From Chiloscyllium plagiosum (lineage: Eukaryota): DNA of 64,000 bases. The notes under the pieces are model-generated. The model was not told where the DNA came from. It saw only the letters and a program-made list of their open reading frames with translations, and searched no databases. The stretch spans positions 15,624,257-15,688,256 of the forward strand of contig NC_057719.1 of NCBI RefSeq assembly GCF_004010195.1, given 5' to 3'. This document shows positions 49,915 through 63,103 of the stretch, in pieces (the stretch's first letter is position 1; the number at the start of each line of letters is the position of its first letter). The translations under genes and the position numbers were made by a program.

Positions 49915-50405
49915 AATCTGTTCTGGTCACCGCATTATAGGAAAGATGTGGAAACTTTGGAAAGGGTTCAGTGGAGAGTTAGTAGGATGTTGCCTGGTAT
50001 GGAAGGTAGGTCTTACGAGGATAGACCAAGGGTACTGAGGTTGATTTTGTTGAAGAGAAGAAGGTTGAGTGTGACTTAATCGAGACATACAAGATAATCA
50101 GCGGGTTAAATAGAGTGGACAGAGAGCCTTTTTCCTTGGATGGTGAAGACTAACATGAGGGGACATAGCTTTAAATTGAGGGGTGATAGATTTAGGACAG
50201 ATATCAGGGGTAGTTTCTTTACTCAGAGTAGTAGGGGCATGGAATAGCCTGTCTACAACAGTAGTAAACTCGCCGACATTAAGGGCATTTAAATAGGGCA
50301 TTGGACATACAAATGGATAATAACGGAATGGTGTCGGTTAGATAGGCATCAGATTAATTTCACAGGTCAGCGCAACATCGAGGGCCGAAGGGCCTGGACT
50401 GCGCT
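49915..50405 (+). mobile_element. CR1 3' fragment (different subfamily)
   Basis: Homologous to the CR1 RT C-terminus (FWSP.Y.KDV..LERVQ). Confidence 0.75.
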
Positions 50406-50780
50406 TGACCATTGCTGAATGGTTCTATCAAAGACTGACAGCAAGCCTGTTGACTGTATGATTCTGTGGTAATCTCAGGGGTGATGTACAAACTGAAGTT
50501 GCAGATCATTGCAGGATTGACACCCTACTTAAGCTGTTGGAGTTAGAGACCATAGTTTTCACCAATTTAAATTAACTGCAGCTGCCACAATTCTTCATGC
50601 TGGCCAAGAGCTGGTACATTTTGTTGGATTTCTTGACTTTCGTCCATTCTTATCAAGGAAGAATTTGACTCTAAAAGGATTGCAGAAAAACTAATTTCAA
50701 GTTCTGTGGCAATGCCGGACTACTTTTTTGTATAAGGAATTAACAAAAGGATGCATTAGAACACTTTAAACAACAAATGG

Positions 50781-53530
50781 TCATCGAGTCATAGAGATGT
50801 ACAGCACAGAAACAGACCCTTTGGTCCAACTCATCCATTCCAACCCGATATCCCAACCCAATTTAGTCTTATCTGCCAGCACCCAGCCCATATCCCTCCA
50901 AACCCTTTCTATTCATATACCCATCCAGATGCCTTTTAAATGTTGCACTTGTACCAGCCTCCACCACTTCCTCTGGCAGCTCATTCCACACACACACCAC
51001 CCTGTGTGTGAAAAAGATGCCCCTTAGGTCTCTTTTATATTTTTCCATTCTCACCCTAAACCTATGCCCCCTAGTTCTGAACTCCCCCACCCCAGGGAAA
51101 AGACCTTGTCTATTTACTCTATCCTTGTCCCTCATGATTTTATAAACCATTATAAAGGTCACTCATCAGCCCCCGATGCTCCAGGGAAAACAGCTTTAGC
51201 CTATTCAACCTCCTTTTAGCTCAAATGCTCCTACCCTGGCAACATCCTTGTAAATCTTTTCTGAACCCTTTCAAGTTTCACAACATCGTTCTGATAGGAC
51301 AGAGACCAGAATTGCACGCAATATTCCAACAGTGGCCTAACCAATATCCTGTACAACCGCAACATGACCTCCCAACTCCTGTACTCGATACTCGGACCAA
51401 TAAAGGAAAGCCTATCAAACGCATTCTTCACTATCCTATTTACCTGCCACTACATTCAAGGAGCTATGGACCTGCACTCCAAGGTCTCTTTATTCAGCAA
51501 CACTCCCCAGGTCCTTACCATTAAATGTATAAGTTCTGCTAAACTTTGCTTTCCCAAAATGCAGCACCTTGCATTTATCTAAATTAAACTCCATCTGCCA
51601 CTCCTCAGCCCATTGGCTCATCTGATCAAGATCCCATTGTAATCAGAGGTAACCTTCGCTGCCCACTGCACCTCCCACTTTGGTGTCATCAGCAAACTTA
51701 CTAAAAATGTACCTCTTACGCTCGCATCCAAATCATTAATATAAATGACGAAAAGTAGTGGACTCAGCACCGATCATTGTGGCACTCTACTGGTCATAGG
51801 CCTCCAATCTGAAAAACAACCCTCCACCACCACCCTCTGTCTTTTACCTTTGAGCCAGTTCTGTATCCAAATGGCTAGTTCTATTCCATGAGATCTAACC
51901 TTGTTAACCAGTCTCCCATAGGGAATCTTGTCGAACGCCTTACTGAAGTCCATATAGATCACATCTACTGCTCCTCTTTGTTACTTCTTCAAAGAAGTCA
52001 GTCAAGTTTGTGAGACATGATTTCCCACTCACAAAGCCATATTGACTATCCCTAATCAGTTCTTGCCTTTTCAAATACATGTAAATCCTGTCCCTCGGGG
52101 ATTCCCTCCAACAACTTGCCCACCACCATCATCAGGCTCACTGGTCTGTAGTTCCCTGACTTGTCCTTGCCACATTTCTTTAGTGGCACTATGTTAGCCA
52201 ACCTCCAGTCTTCTGGCACCTGACCTGTGACTGTCGATGATATAAATATCACAGCAAGAGGCCCATCAATCACTTCCCTAGCTTCCCCCAGAGTTCTAGG
52301 ATGCACCTGATCAGGTCCTGGGGATTTATATATTTTTATGCGTTTCAAGATATCCAGCACTTCCTCCTGTGTAATATCGACATTTTTCAAGATGTCACCA
52401 TCTATTTCCCTGCATTTGATATCTTTGATGTCCTTTTCCACACTAAACACTGATGTAAAATACTCGTTTAGTATCTCCCCCATCTCCTACGGCTCCACAC
52501 AAAGGCCGCCTTGCTGATCTTTAAGGGGCCCTCTTCTCTCCCTAATTATGCTTTTGTCCTTAATGTATTTGTAAAAACCCTCTTGAGTTTTCCTTAACAC
52601 TATTTTATTAGATTCGATTCCCTACAGTGTGGAAACAGGCTCAACCAGTCCACACAAACCTTCTGAAGAGTAACCCACCCAGACCAATTTCCCTCTGACT
52701 AATGCATCTAGCACTATGGGCAGTATAGCATGGCCAATTCACCTGACGTGCCTTTCCTTTCACCCTAACAGGAATATACTGTCTCTGCACTATCGTTATC
52801 TCATTTCTGAAGGCTTCCCATTTTCCAGCTGTCCCTTTACCTGCTAACATCTGCCCCCAATCAGCTTTTGAAAGTTCTTGCCTAATACTATCAAAATTGG
52901 CCTTTCTCCAATTTATAGTCAGAGTCATAGAATTTAGAACTTCAACTTTTAGATCTGGTCTATCTTTTTCTATCACTATTTTAAAACTAATAGAATTATA
53001 ATCACTGGCCCCAAAGTGCTCCCCTACTGACACCTCAGTATCCTGCCCTGCCATATTTCCCAAGAGTAGGTCAAGTTTTGTATCTTTTCTAGTAGGTACA
53101 TCTAAATACTGAATTAGAAAATTTTCTTGTACATGCTTAACAAATTCCTCTCCATCTAAACCCTTAACACTATGGCAGTCCCAGTCTATGTTTGGAAAGT
53201 TAAAATCCCCTACCATAACCACCCTATTATTCTTACAGGTATTTGAGGTCTCCATACAAGTTTGTTTCTCAGTCTGCAACCTGTCTTTGTACAGGTCACT
53301 TCTACCCCAGAGGAGATTCCAATGATCCAAAAATGTGAATCCTTCTCCCATACACCAGCTCCTCAGCCATGCATTCATCTGGTTAACCTCGTATTCCTAC
53401 CCTCACTAGCTCGCAGCACTGGGAGTAATCCAGATATTACTACTCTCGAGCACCTCCTTTTAAATTCCTGCCTAACTCTCTCTTTTCTGCCTTCAGAATT
53501 TCATCCTTTTCTGTTCCTCTGTCATTGGTT
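50781..53530 (-). mobile_element. Long CR1 LINE with internal deletions: ORF1 esterase remnant, APE, RT and 3' tail
   Basis: TND...ELGRNLK and NAWLRSWC.GEGFTFLDHW (SGNH-like ORF1); VMVGDFNFPNIDW (APE); NYRPVSL and YMDFSKAFDKIP (RT); gactc tail. Confidence 0.92.
52605..52752 (-). mobile_element. HE1-like shark SINE 3' fragment inserted in the CR1
   Basis: Breaks CR1 collinearity; tagcatggccaattcacct and ...ccacactgtagggaatc resemble the recalled HE1 SINE 3' half. Confidence 0.55.
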
Positions 53531-53596
53531 CTGGAAATCTCAACTTCAGCTAACTGCTGGACCAATTTCTTGGGAATCACCTGCTTGAGTTTCATG

Positions 53597-53726
53597 TTGA
53601 TTCCTGATGAAGGGCTTTTGCCCGAAACGTCGATTTTACTGCTCCTCATATGCTGCCTGACCTGCTGTGCTTTTCCAGCACCACTCCAATCTAGACTTTG
53701 ATCTCCAGCATCTGTAGTCCTCACTT
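53597..53726 (+). mobile_element. Penelope-type terminal unit with a 20-bp target duplication
   Basis: tcacctgcttgagttt(c/t)atg at 53577-53596 and 53727-53746. Confidence 0.88.
53600..53635 (+). ncRNA. Minimal type I hammerhead ribozyme motif (best-preserved copy)
   Basis: CUGAUGA (53604-10), A, GGGC-UUUU-GCCC, GAAA (53624-27), CG, UC (53630-31); palindromic ACGU in place of helix III; helix I is very short. Confidence 0.7.
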
Positions 53727-56127
53727 TCACCTGCTTGAGTTTTATGACTGTTTTATTTGAACAGTGTGTAGCTTGGCATTCGTTTGGTTTTCAGTTGGGG
53801 AGTAAAGCCAGGTGAGGAAAAGCTGGCTGACTCAACACAGTCCAGTTTCTGAAGCGCTCTTGTGCTGATGAGACATGATTGTCCTTATGAAGAGCATTGG
53901 AACTTGGAACGAGAGTAGTCACTCGGCCCTTTGAGCCTGCTCTGCCATTTAGTAGATAATGACTGATCTGATTTTAACCTAACTCTACATTCTTGTGTAT
54001 CCCTGATAATCTTTCATCCCCTTGGTTGTTGAAAGTCTATCTACCTTTCTTAAAATATTTAAATATTCTGTATTCTGTGGGTAAACATTTGGAAGATTTC
54101 TTGATGCTGTGTTTCATAAACAAGTTGTGTCTACCAAGACCTGAGAGACAGCTGTCAGTCCAGTGATTGATAGGCATTTGAACATGTTGCACTGCAGACA
54201 CCCCTTTCTCCCCTCCAGGAGCTAACCATTATTAGCCTAAAGTGTTTCTTCCCAAAGTGAATCTCTGCCAAAGAAATCCTTTTTCCCCCTTTACTATCTG
54301 CATGTGTGCACTTTGTTTTGGGCTATTTCGTAAAGGCAACATTTATTTTCCTATTACAAACTCTTTTAATCAGATTTTCAATCTTTGTGGAATATGTTTT
54401 TTGTTTTCTAATAAATCAGTAATTTTCTCTTTATTAAAGAAACTTGACAGATTATTTTTTTAATTGTTACTTATGTTACATGGGGTGGTTAGACTAAAGA
54501 GTTCTGTCCTCTCATTTCTCTTGTAACACTACTCAACTGCACTGAGAAGAGCTAGGAATGAATACTCCTTCAGCTGCACTGTCCTGGTAAGCAATTGTAG
54601 CAGCAACCACCTCCTTTTAGAGGTGGTGTTGGAGGTGATATAATAGCAACGTTTAAGTGGTATCTTGACAGCTGTGTGAATAGGCAGGGGAAAAAAAGGA
54701 TATCGACTGTGTGGAGACAAAAGGTTTCAGTTTAGAAAGGAATCATGTGTTAGTGCAGTCCTGATAGGCCGAAGGGCCTGTTCCTGCACTGTACTGTTCT
54801 TTGTTCTAACATAGCAACACAAAAAAAATGAGCACAAGGACCTGCTTTACATAAATGCTCTTTACATTTTTTCATCAAGTCGAATTGTGATTTTTACGTG
54901 ATTAATTTGTATCCTGTGTACTGTAATCCAGTAATTTATACAGAATAACCTTTGCTGTGACGTAATGCAACAAAATTGGAGTGTTACACATCAGATTGTA
55001 GCATTATCAAAATTATATTGTACAGTTTGCAGATATAAATTTCTATTGCAAGTTGGAATGTTTTGTTCCCCATTAGAAGAATTTTTATGAACAATGCCAA
55101 TGACACACAAAAGGATGAGTTTTGGTGAGAGATGAGAAACAAAGCCAAACTAGAAGTGTAATAAAATCATATCTTTAATGACTGGAAACTATTGCTAGAG
55201 TAATGTACATAGGTGACAAGGTCATAAATATTTGCCTTGAGCTGGAAAGACTGAAGAACCGTGCAATTTATTGTGTGATAACTCTAGAGTAAGAAACTGA
55301 AATTCTGCTCAGGTCAAACAGATGTAAATTATAGTGCTGGAGTGGCCATGTATGAATCAAAAGCCTTAAGCTGATTTCATTACTGTGACATTTTAAAAAA
55401 GTAGTTCAAACAATTATAGAAGCCATTCAGATGATAATCAACACAGCACAATGTTATCGAATACACAGCTTTGTACTGAGCTAGAAGTATTTTGCATAGA
55501 AAATGTTGTTCAGCTTCCTCTTCACAAAAGCTTAACATGATATTTAGTGATGGGAGATATGAGGTAAGTAGTCTTGTTAGTCTAACGGCCGAGTTGTCTC
55601 TAAGTGACTGTTTGTTGAGTGAAATTGAAAGTCATTAATGAAAAATAAGAGCTAATAATAACTGTTTGTTTATTAATGTAAGTGAAGTAGAGAATGAAGG
55701 GAGATGCTATTGTGCTTCAATTGAGAAGCCTCCGTATCTTAAAAGCAGGAGATGAATGTGTGCTTTTATTTGCCTACTTCAAATTAATAATATAACAAAG
55801 GACACGAATTCAAATAAAATAATTGTGCTTTACTTAAATCAGAGAAAAAAATTGTTTCATGAAAATAACTGGAGGGTTTCAAGTAAGAAATAAAACTTGA
55901 AAACAGAAGAGACTTCTGATACTTTAAAAGAGCCTTGAGGCCTCCTATAATTATACACACTTGGTTATCTCTACCTGTACGTATCTATGTTACCTTCGTT
56001 TCTCTTCCTAAGAAACTAAGCATCTCTGGTCATTCTTGCTGTTAATCTGCAATTTCTGTGGGTTGGCGCAGAGGAAATACCTTCTAATCTTAAATCTTAC
56101 TAATTCTTCATTTCTAAGTTTAAATTA

Positions 56128-56300
56128 AATTCTTTCACGACATTGCTGACAAGAATAGCATTTGTTGCCCATTTCTAATATCTTTTCAAGTTAATAGCTT
56201 GCTAGGCCATTTCAGCGGGGAAGTTAAGTATCCACCACACTCGTGGGATTGCATGTCAGCCAGATCAGATAAAAGTGGCAGATTTCCTGCCCTAAATCCA
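56128..56300 (-). mobile_element. Short non-coding derivative of the tRNA-headed LINE (head joined directly to tail)
   Basis: Tail block gcatttgttgcccatttctaat abuts head block gcttgctaggccatttcag...ggcagatttcctgccctaaa. Confidence 0.6.
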
Positions 56301-57136
56301 TTGGCAATGTTGTCTGCATCTAATTCTTAAAAGACTTATTGTCATCTCTTTCATGAGAACCAGTATAATTGTGAAAGAACAGAATGCAAGAAATATTCAG
56401 CACAAAGCATCTGTGAAGGGAGTGGCTAAGTAAATGCTTTAGTTCATATTACTGTACTTGGGTCTGATAATTGCAATAATCCACTCAGTAAGAAATGAGC
56501 ATAGTCATAAGGTTAATTACTGGACTGGGTATAGTTCAAGGGCATTTAATTGAACTGTTAAAAACAAGTTGTAACTTTTATATTCAAAGCTTGGTTACAT
56601 TTGTGTAGCATTGTACATCATTGAAGAAAACCATTGACTTAGGGGTGGGTTCATATCACGTTCTCTACACAGGTTGATTACCTTTTTCTACATTGAAGAT
56701 ACAATGTAAAATCAAGATTATTTAAGTGCATTTCTTAGCAAAAATAGCAGTATTTTGATTTTGATCTATTGAGTTAAAGTTCTTATTACTCCACTTAAAT
56801 CAACCTGGTTGCTCTTCCCAGCTGTTTACTTTTTTAATAAATACTTGCCTCCATTTTTAAATAAACTGTTTGTTTTTTCTTTATTTATTTGAGCTGTTTA
56901 GGAAGAAATATTATTTGGGATTTTTGGCTAAGAAAAGATGACTAAGTTTTAAATTTTGTGATTGGTTTTTTGAATCTTACATAGCTTGTCATGAGAGGTG
57001 CATTTCTGCCTCCTGCTGTTGTATAGTACAGTCCATTGAAGCACTGACATACTGTCCAATTTTTCTAGGGAAATCTCTATACATTGCTGTTTAGTTTCAA
57101 AGACTAATGGTTCTTTATTCTCACTTTACCTAACAG

Positions 57137-57267
57137 TAATATCCAGGAAATGAGAACTCTACACAAAGAAACTTTCCTCAAGAAACACAATATAAAGTTA
57201 GGTTTTATGTCTGCGTTTGTCAAAGCATCTAGTTTTGCACTGCAGAATCAGCCAGTGGTAAATGCTG
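57137..57267 (+). CDS. DLST: DLST exon 11 ([43 protein letters not shown])
   Basis: [11 protein letters not shown] motif; 131 nt; AG/GT boundaries. Confidence 0.97.
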
Positions 57268-58462
57268 GTAAGTATAAACCAAGGATGAGACCATGTTCTA
57301 CTCAACAAGAAACTGTCGTACTTCTTTATCACCTAGGAGGCTAGGTTATTAAATATGTTCAAGACTGAGTTGGACTTTAAGTCAGCATAAGGAGTCCAGG
57401 ATTATCGGGGTGCAGGTAGGAAAATTGAGTTGCTACCATAAATGAGCCTTGATTTAATTGAATGGCAGAGTAATCTTGAGAAACTAAATGGCCACTTCCT
57501 ATTTCTAATGTTCAGATTTTAAGAGCACTACAGTGATGGAAAAATGAAGGGTCTACTTGTGGGAAGTGAATTAAAATTTGTCTTTCAGTGACTTTTAGCA
57601 GAGTTTTGATGAGATGGTCAATGAATATCCTTGTTTCCATATTTATTTAACTAATGCTTGTTGGCTAAAAACGGTACTGTTATCTACTCGAATTCAATGT
57701 TTTCAATTTTTTTTGATTTGCAACTATGTTTCAAGATAAAATGGTCAAATTTGTCAGAAATTTTAGTCTTGCAATGTGAAATTGTCCTTCTAGTTTAAGT
57801 AAATAAAGCTACTGAGTTTTAAATGGGGGTTTCTATTTATAAATGTGAACGCTGATGTATTTATTCTTCTGATTCACCTTTGGTGAGACTACTATAAAAT
57901 TGTTTATTTGAACAAGTACCTAATCAGATTCAATCTGTACTTTACAGAACTGTATTCTTGTCATTTCATTTTACTTGCACTAACATATAGTAAAATGACA
58001 ATCTCAAAGCTTTTTGTTTGTAAAGCAAACTAAACTGAGGGAAGCATTTCTCTTTTTTAAAATAAAATCAAAATCTACTCTTTGCTTCATTCTCCTTATA
58101 CTAATTTCTGTTCATAAGTAAGGGAGATATAACGTATTCTAATTGAGTTGAAGCTACGAAAAACTTCAGCCATGTTTTCCCCCACCTTACCCCACCCCTG
58201 CTAGAAAGTAACATGTGGGACTTTTAAAATCTAAGGCTAGAACAAAGGTGAAACAGCAAAAATTCAGTTCAGATAATAAAAATACATTAGTAGTCTCTGC
58301 AAATGGGCAGACAATATTAAGATTGCATTGTGTAGTAAGAAGCCACTTCAGTGTGGTAAACTATATCCACAGCACTTGATTCCATTGCAATGTCATAGTT
58401 TTATTTCTGACGTTTGTCATGAATGCAGCTTGCCAGTGGTTTAATTTGTGTTTTCTGCCCAG

Positions 58463-58536
58463 TTATTGATGATACAACCAAAGAAGTGGTCTACCGTGAT
58501 TATGTTGACATCAGTGTTGCTGTAGCAACCCCAAAG
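58463..58536 (+). CDS. DLST: DLST exon 12 ([25 protein letters not shown])
   Basis: DISVAVATP motif; 74 nt; AG/GT boundaries. Confidence 0.97.
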
Positions 58537-59596
58537 GTCAGTATTGAACAATATTTATTGGGTCACTGGCATCTTTTTTTTATTCTTCAGAAGATGAGAA
58601 CTTGACTGGCAAGGCCAGAATTTAATACTCGGTCCCAAACTTATCTAAAGAGATGGTGATCTGCTTTCTTTAACCGCTGCAGTCTGTGAGATGAAGGAAT
58701 TCTCTTGGTGCTCTTGGGTCAGGAGTTCCAGGGTTTTGACAAAACACTGATGACAAATATTTCTAAGTCAGAATATTTGTAATTTTCCATGTGTCTACTT
58801 GTCTGCCTAAGATTTCGAGATCACAGGTTTGGGTATGTGCTGTGAAAAAAATCCATGGGAATTATTTGCAAAGTAATGAAAGGAAAAGAATTTACATTAT
58901 TTTCCATGCCAAATAAACATGCAAGTGACTTTTAGATAGTCAACATATTGTATTATTTCAGTTTATATTCAAACTGTAAACTGTAGGGTGCAAATGATGG
59001 TAGTCCTCTGGTCATGGTGATCAGACATGCAGTTGTATTATGAGGAATAATTACCACATCAATTCAATTACATAATTCTCATTGGTTCCTCATATTTTTT
59101 ATTTAGTTACATAACAATTTAGTAAATATTCTGAGAGGTTGCCCATTTGCAGTTCCAAGTCCTATTATTGAGCATATTAATATTAGATTTGAGATGGTGA
59201 AAGTAAAAGTTATAAGTAATGAGGATTTGCCTCCTGTTTTTGTGTATATTCTTGACAATCTATGGAATCATTCTAAATCCCAAAACAATTTGAGTCAGAA
59301 ATTTAGTGTAGCATTATTTCTGATTTTCTGTAATGTAGTAAACTTGAATGGAACTTGTGGGCCACACTCATCTCTGGAGGGAATTTTCTATTCAAGAGCT
59401 TTCTTTTGGGCAGCTGCTTCTTCTAATAATTTCCAAGCATAATAAAACATAGATGGACTGAGAAGCACCATAATTCTGTGTAAAGATGCCTTAATATCAA
59501 TTAAGACTACATAATCTAGTTGGCTTCAACTCCTTCAGATATTCTTGATTAATTTTGCTCTCCTAAATATAAATTGACATAGGCTAGGTGGCCTCC

Positions 59597-59688
59597 ATTC
59601 CTGAAGAAGGGTTTTTGCCAGAAACGTTGATTTTCCTGCTCCTCAGATGCTGGCTGACCTGCTGTGCTTTTCCAGCACCACTCTAATC
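59597..59688 (+). mobile_element. Penelope-type terminal unit with a hammerhead-like motif
   Basis: attcCTGAAGA-a-gggt-tttt-gcca-GAAA-cg-TT, followed by the family body. Confidence 0.8.
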
Positions 59689-61083
59689 AAAACATTGGCT
59701 AGATATGTTCAAACCATTGAACAGTTTAGTAAAGTGTGTTTTCACAATTGAATGAATGCAAGGTTTGTGAAGGCTCTCATTGTCTTTGATATTTTATAAT
59801 GCTGGTCTTACCTTTAAAATTGTTCTTCGAGTTTATCTTGTCATGTGATAGCATCATGAATGTAATTCTGTACTTCTGTTCAATCGCTGGTATATTAGGG
59901 TGTCTATCAGAGATAAGAAACAATTTACCTATTGCCTTACGTTCCCATTTATTAAAGAGAGTAGCTGAAGAAACATGTAACCTTATTTTTGTATCCAGCC
60001 TAGTTAAGTGTAGTCTGGGTTTGTTTTAGCCTTTCAGCAAATCCTTTTTAATCCCATTGATATTATTCTTGTAAATCAGAGATATTAATGAGAAACTACA
60101 GGTTATATGCATCATATGCTGGGAATCCTCTCTCTTAGATCCTGTTGACTAATGATCTACTGGAGGTTTTCAAATTATGACTTGGCTTTATTGGGTAGAA
60201 ATGTGAAAGTGTTCATATTTCAGGGGTGCTCAAATCGAGAGATCATATATGTGGAGTAGTCACTAATAACTTCAACCATTTGGAATAATTGAGGCATATA
60301 ACAAAGATACACTTAAGGGAAAATTAAACAGTATTGTAAAGGAGAAAAAGATAGAGGATATGCTGGTAGGTGGATCAGTTGCACTGTATGCATAGAAACC
60401 ATTCTATGTAATTCTCACTACTTGTGGTTTAAGCCTTGTTCCAGAGATTTTAATGTAATCTAGGACATGATAATGTCAGATTGTATACTCAGCTGTATCA
60501 AGGAAATACACCATTACCAGAGCTGTTGCTGTTTGCAAATCCCTGAAGTCCCATTTGCTCTGTCTGACAAACATTTAGAGTCCTGGTACTATTTAAAGAC
60601 TTAATAGGGTTTTTTTTATTCAATGTCCTGGAGAACATTTATTCCTTGAGCGGCATTACTAAATCAAATTGTTGACTCACTTTTCATATTTTTGTTTGTT
60701 GGACCTTGTGCATAGGTTTGCTAGTACATTGAACTTTATTACTACACCCACCAAACAGTTTTTAAAAACATGTTGTGGTACTTCCAAGATAACATTCGGC
60801 TTTAAAAACTACTGTTATATTGAAAAGCTTTTTCATTGTTACTCTCAATTTATATTGATATTCTTTTGAAAGAGGCATCCGTTGGTTAAAATGGCTTAAC
60901 TCAACTATTTGGATCATTTGTTCTTTTTCATGTTCAAAATACTAAATCATTAGAATTGTGTATTTCTTGTCATGTTAAAAACAAAAAGTTTTCCTGCGGT
61001 ATTGTGTACAATCCAAGTCTCCTCTTTGAGTCATTTTGATACATTATATAAATACGAGGTGATTAATTTTATTTCTGCTGCAG

Positions 61084-61167
61084 GGCCTGGTAGTCCCCGT
61101 GATCCGAAATGTTGAAACAATGAACTACGCTGACATTGAAAAAGTAATCAATGAGCTGGGAGAGAAG
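61084..61167 (+). CDS. DLST: DLST exon 13 ([28 protein letters not shown])
   Basis: GLVVPVIRN motif; 84 nt; AG/GT boundaries. Confidence 0.97.
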
Positions 61168-61782
61168 GTAATTGTATTTCATCTTAGTTAATGTTGAAGA
61201 TGTTGGTTCTCTAACAGTCTAAATGACTTTTGATTTGGGTCCCAATTGTTCTGCATTGCTGTTTGTTGATTACAACTTCTGTAGCTTCTTCCTAGATTAC
61301 TTCGTGCACATGGTGTTGAATTGCTTTTTGGGTTGGGGTGCCCATATTTGTTGGAGTTGACTAATCAAAGTCCATGTAGCTAGGCGCAAAGTCTAATTAT
61401 TACAGAATTGATTGTTAACTCTGTGGAACCAAACTGCTTTTCACACAATGGAATTCAGTCTGGATAAATGTGAGATGATGCAATTGGGCAGGACAAACTA
61501 AACAAGGGAATACATGATGACCTGTACGACCCTGTGAAATACTGAGGATCAAAAGAACCTTGGTGTGCATTTCTGAGCCAATTTTTGTTAACACACTGGA
61601 TCATAGCCCACTATAAAGTTCCCTAGTATTGCTCATGGTAAAGTGCCAGTTTTGTAACGTTTTTGATTGATTGAAACAACAATCAGGTTTTCTAGCGAGG
61701 GAATAAGGCCGAATGCTGCCTTTTCTAGAAAGATCAAGAAGTCCACTGCTTTTAGTCATTTATGTAAGTGATTTGGTTGTGA

Positions 61783-62294
61783 ACATTGGTTAGGCCACTT
61801 TTGGTAACTCCTATGTCCTGTTTAGCTGCAACATGACTTTCCAACTCCTATACTCAGTAGTCTGACCAAGAAAGGAAAGCATAACAAACACCATCTTCAC
61901 TACCCTAGCTACCTGCGACTCTACTTTCAAGGAGCTATGAATCTGCCCTTTAAGGTCTCTCTGTTCAGCAATTCTCCTCAGGACTTTACCCTGGAGTGGG
62001 GGAGTCCAGAACTAGAAAGCATAGGTTTAGGGTGAGAGGCAAAAGTTATAAAAGGAACCTCCGGGGCTACTTTTTCACACAGGGTGGTGCGTGTATGGAA
62101 CAAGCTGCCAGAGGGGATGGTGGAGGCTGGTACAATTACAGCATTTGTAAGGCATTGGGATGGGTATATGAAGGGTTTAGAGGGATATGGGCCACGTGCT
62201 GGCAAATGGGATTACATTAGGTTAGGATATCTTGTTGGCATGGACGTGTTGGACCGAAAGGTCTTTTCCGTGCTGTACATCTCTATGACTCTAA
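61783..62294. mobile_element. CR1 3' fragment with an internally inverted segment
   Basis: About 61813-61990 is the reverse complement of 227-402; 61989-62294 matches 651-965 in forward orientation. Confidence 0.8.
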
Positions 62295-62935
62295 AGTGTT
62301 GGCAAGGAATTACACCACAGGTGAGCAATAGGTGTCAGACAAAACTATAGCATGATTGGACTGGTGCCTTACACTGTACAGATGAGAGATGATGTAGGAT
62401 AGAGAAAGCTGCAGATTGTCTCTGCCATAATCATTCTAATTACCAAGAGATAATGTTAATTGAAGATGTGCAAATAGCTGAGCCAAGGGTTATGATGGAG
62501 CCTCAGCAGATAAGGATGATCCATAAAGATTCCACATGTACATTAGAGCAAAAGAGCAACAGGATAGAGAGAACAGGGCCCCTTATGGATTGTCGAGGTA
62601 GCCTGTGTCAAACCACAGGAGATATTAAATATGTCGCATCAGTTTTTTATTGTGCAGAAAGGAATGGCAGCTAGATCCTGTTGATAACATTTCAGCATGC
62701 TGGTCCTTCTTGAAACGTATCAATATGCTTTGTGATCTCATCACTCAACATGCCACTTTCAATGATCTATACACTTAGTGTATTTGTCTCTCACTGTTCA
62801 TCTGTCCAGGTGAACTATCTCACATTGTCCTTTTGAAGGAGTAGGATAGGATATAAGATGCAGTTACATAACATGAGGAAAAATGCATGCACAATTGAAG
62901 AACCTAACGCATTTTTGATGAATTTCTTGTTGCAG

Positions 62936-63103
62936 GCTCGTAAAAATGAGCTGGCTATAGAAGACATGGATGGAGGTACTTTCACAATCAGCAATGGAGG
63001 AGTGTTTGGTTCAATGTTTGGGACACCAATCATTAACCCGCCCCAGTCTGCCATTCTTGGCATGCATGCTATTTTTGAAAGACCAGTTGCAGTTAAGGGC
63101 CAG
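62936..63103 (+). CDS. DLST: DLST exon 14 ([44 protein letters not shown]...); the last exon is outside the window
   Basis: [10 protein letters not shown] and [14 protein letters not shown] motifs; 168 nt; CAG|gtgagt donor. Confidence 0.97.

Noticed and set aside
53740..54527. Possible second solo LTR ending tgtaaca
   Set aside because: The left boundary and target duplication could not be defined by eye.
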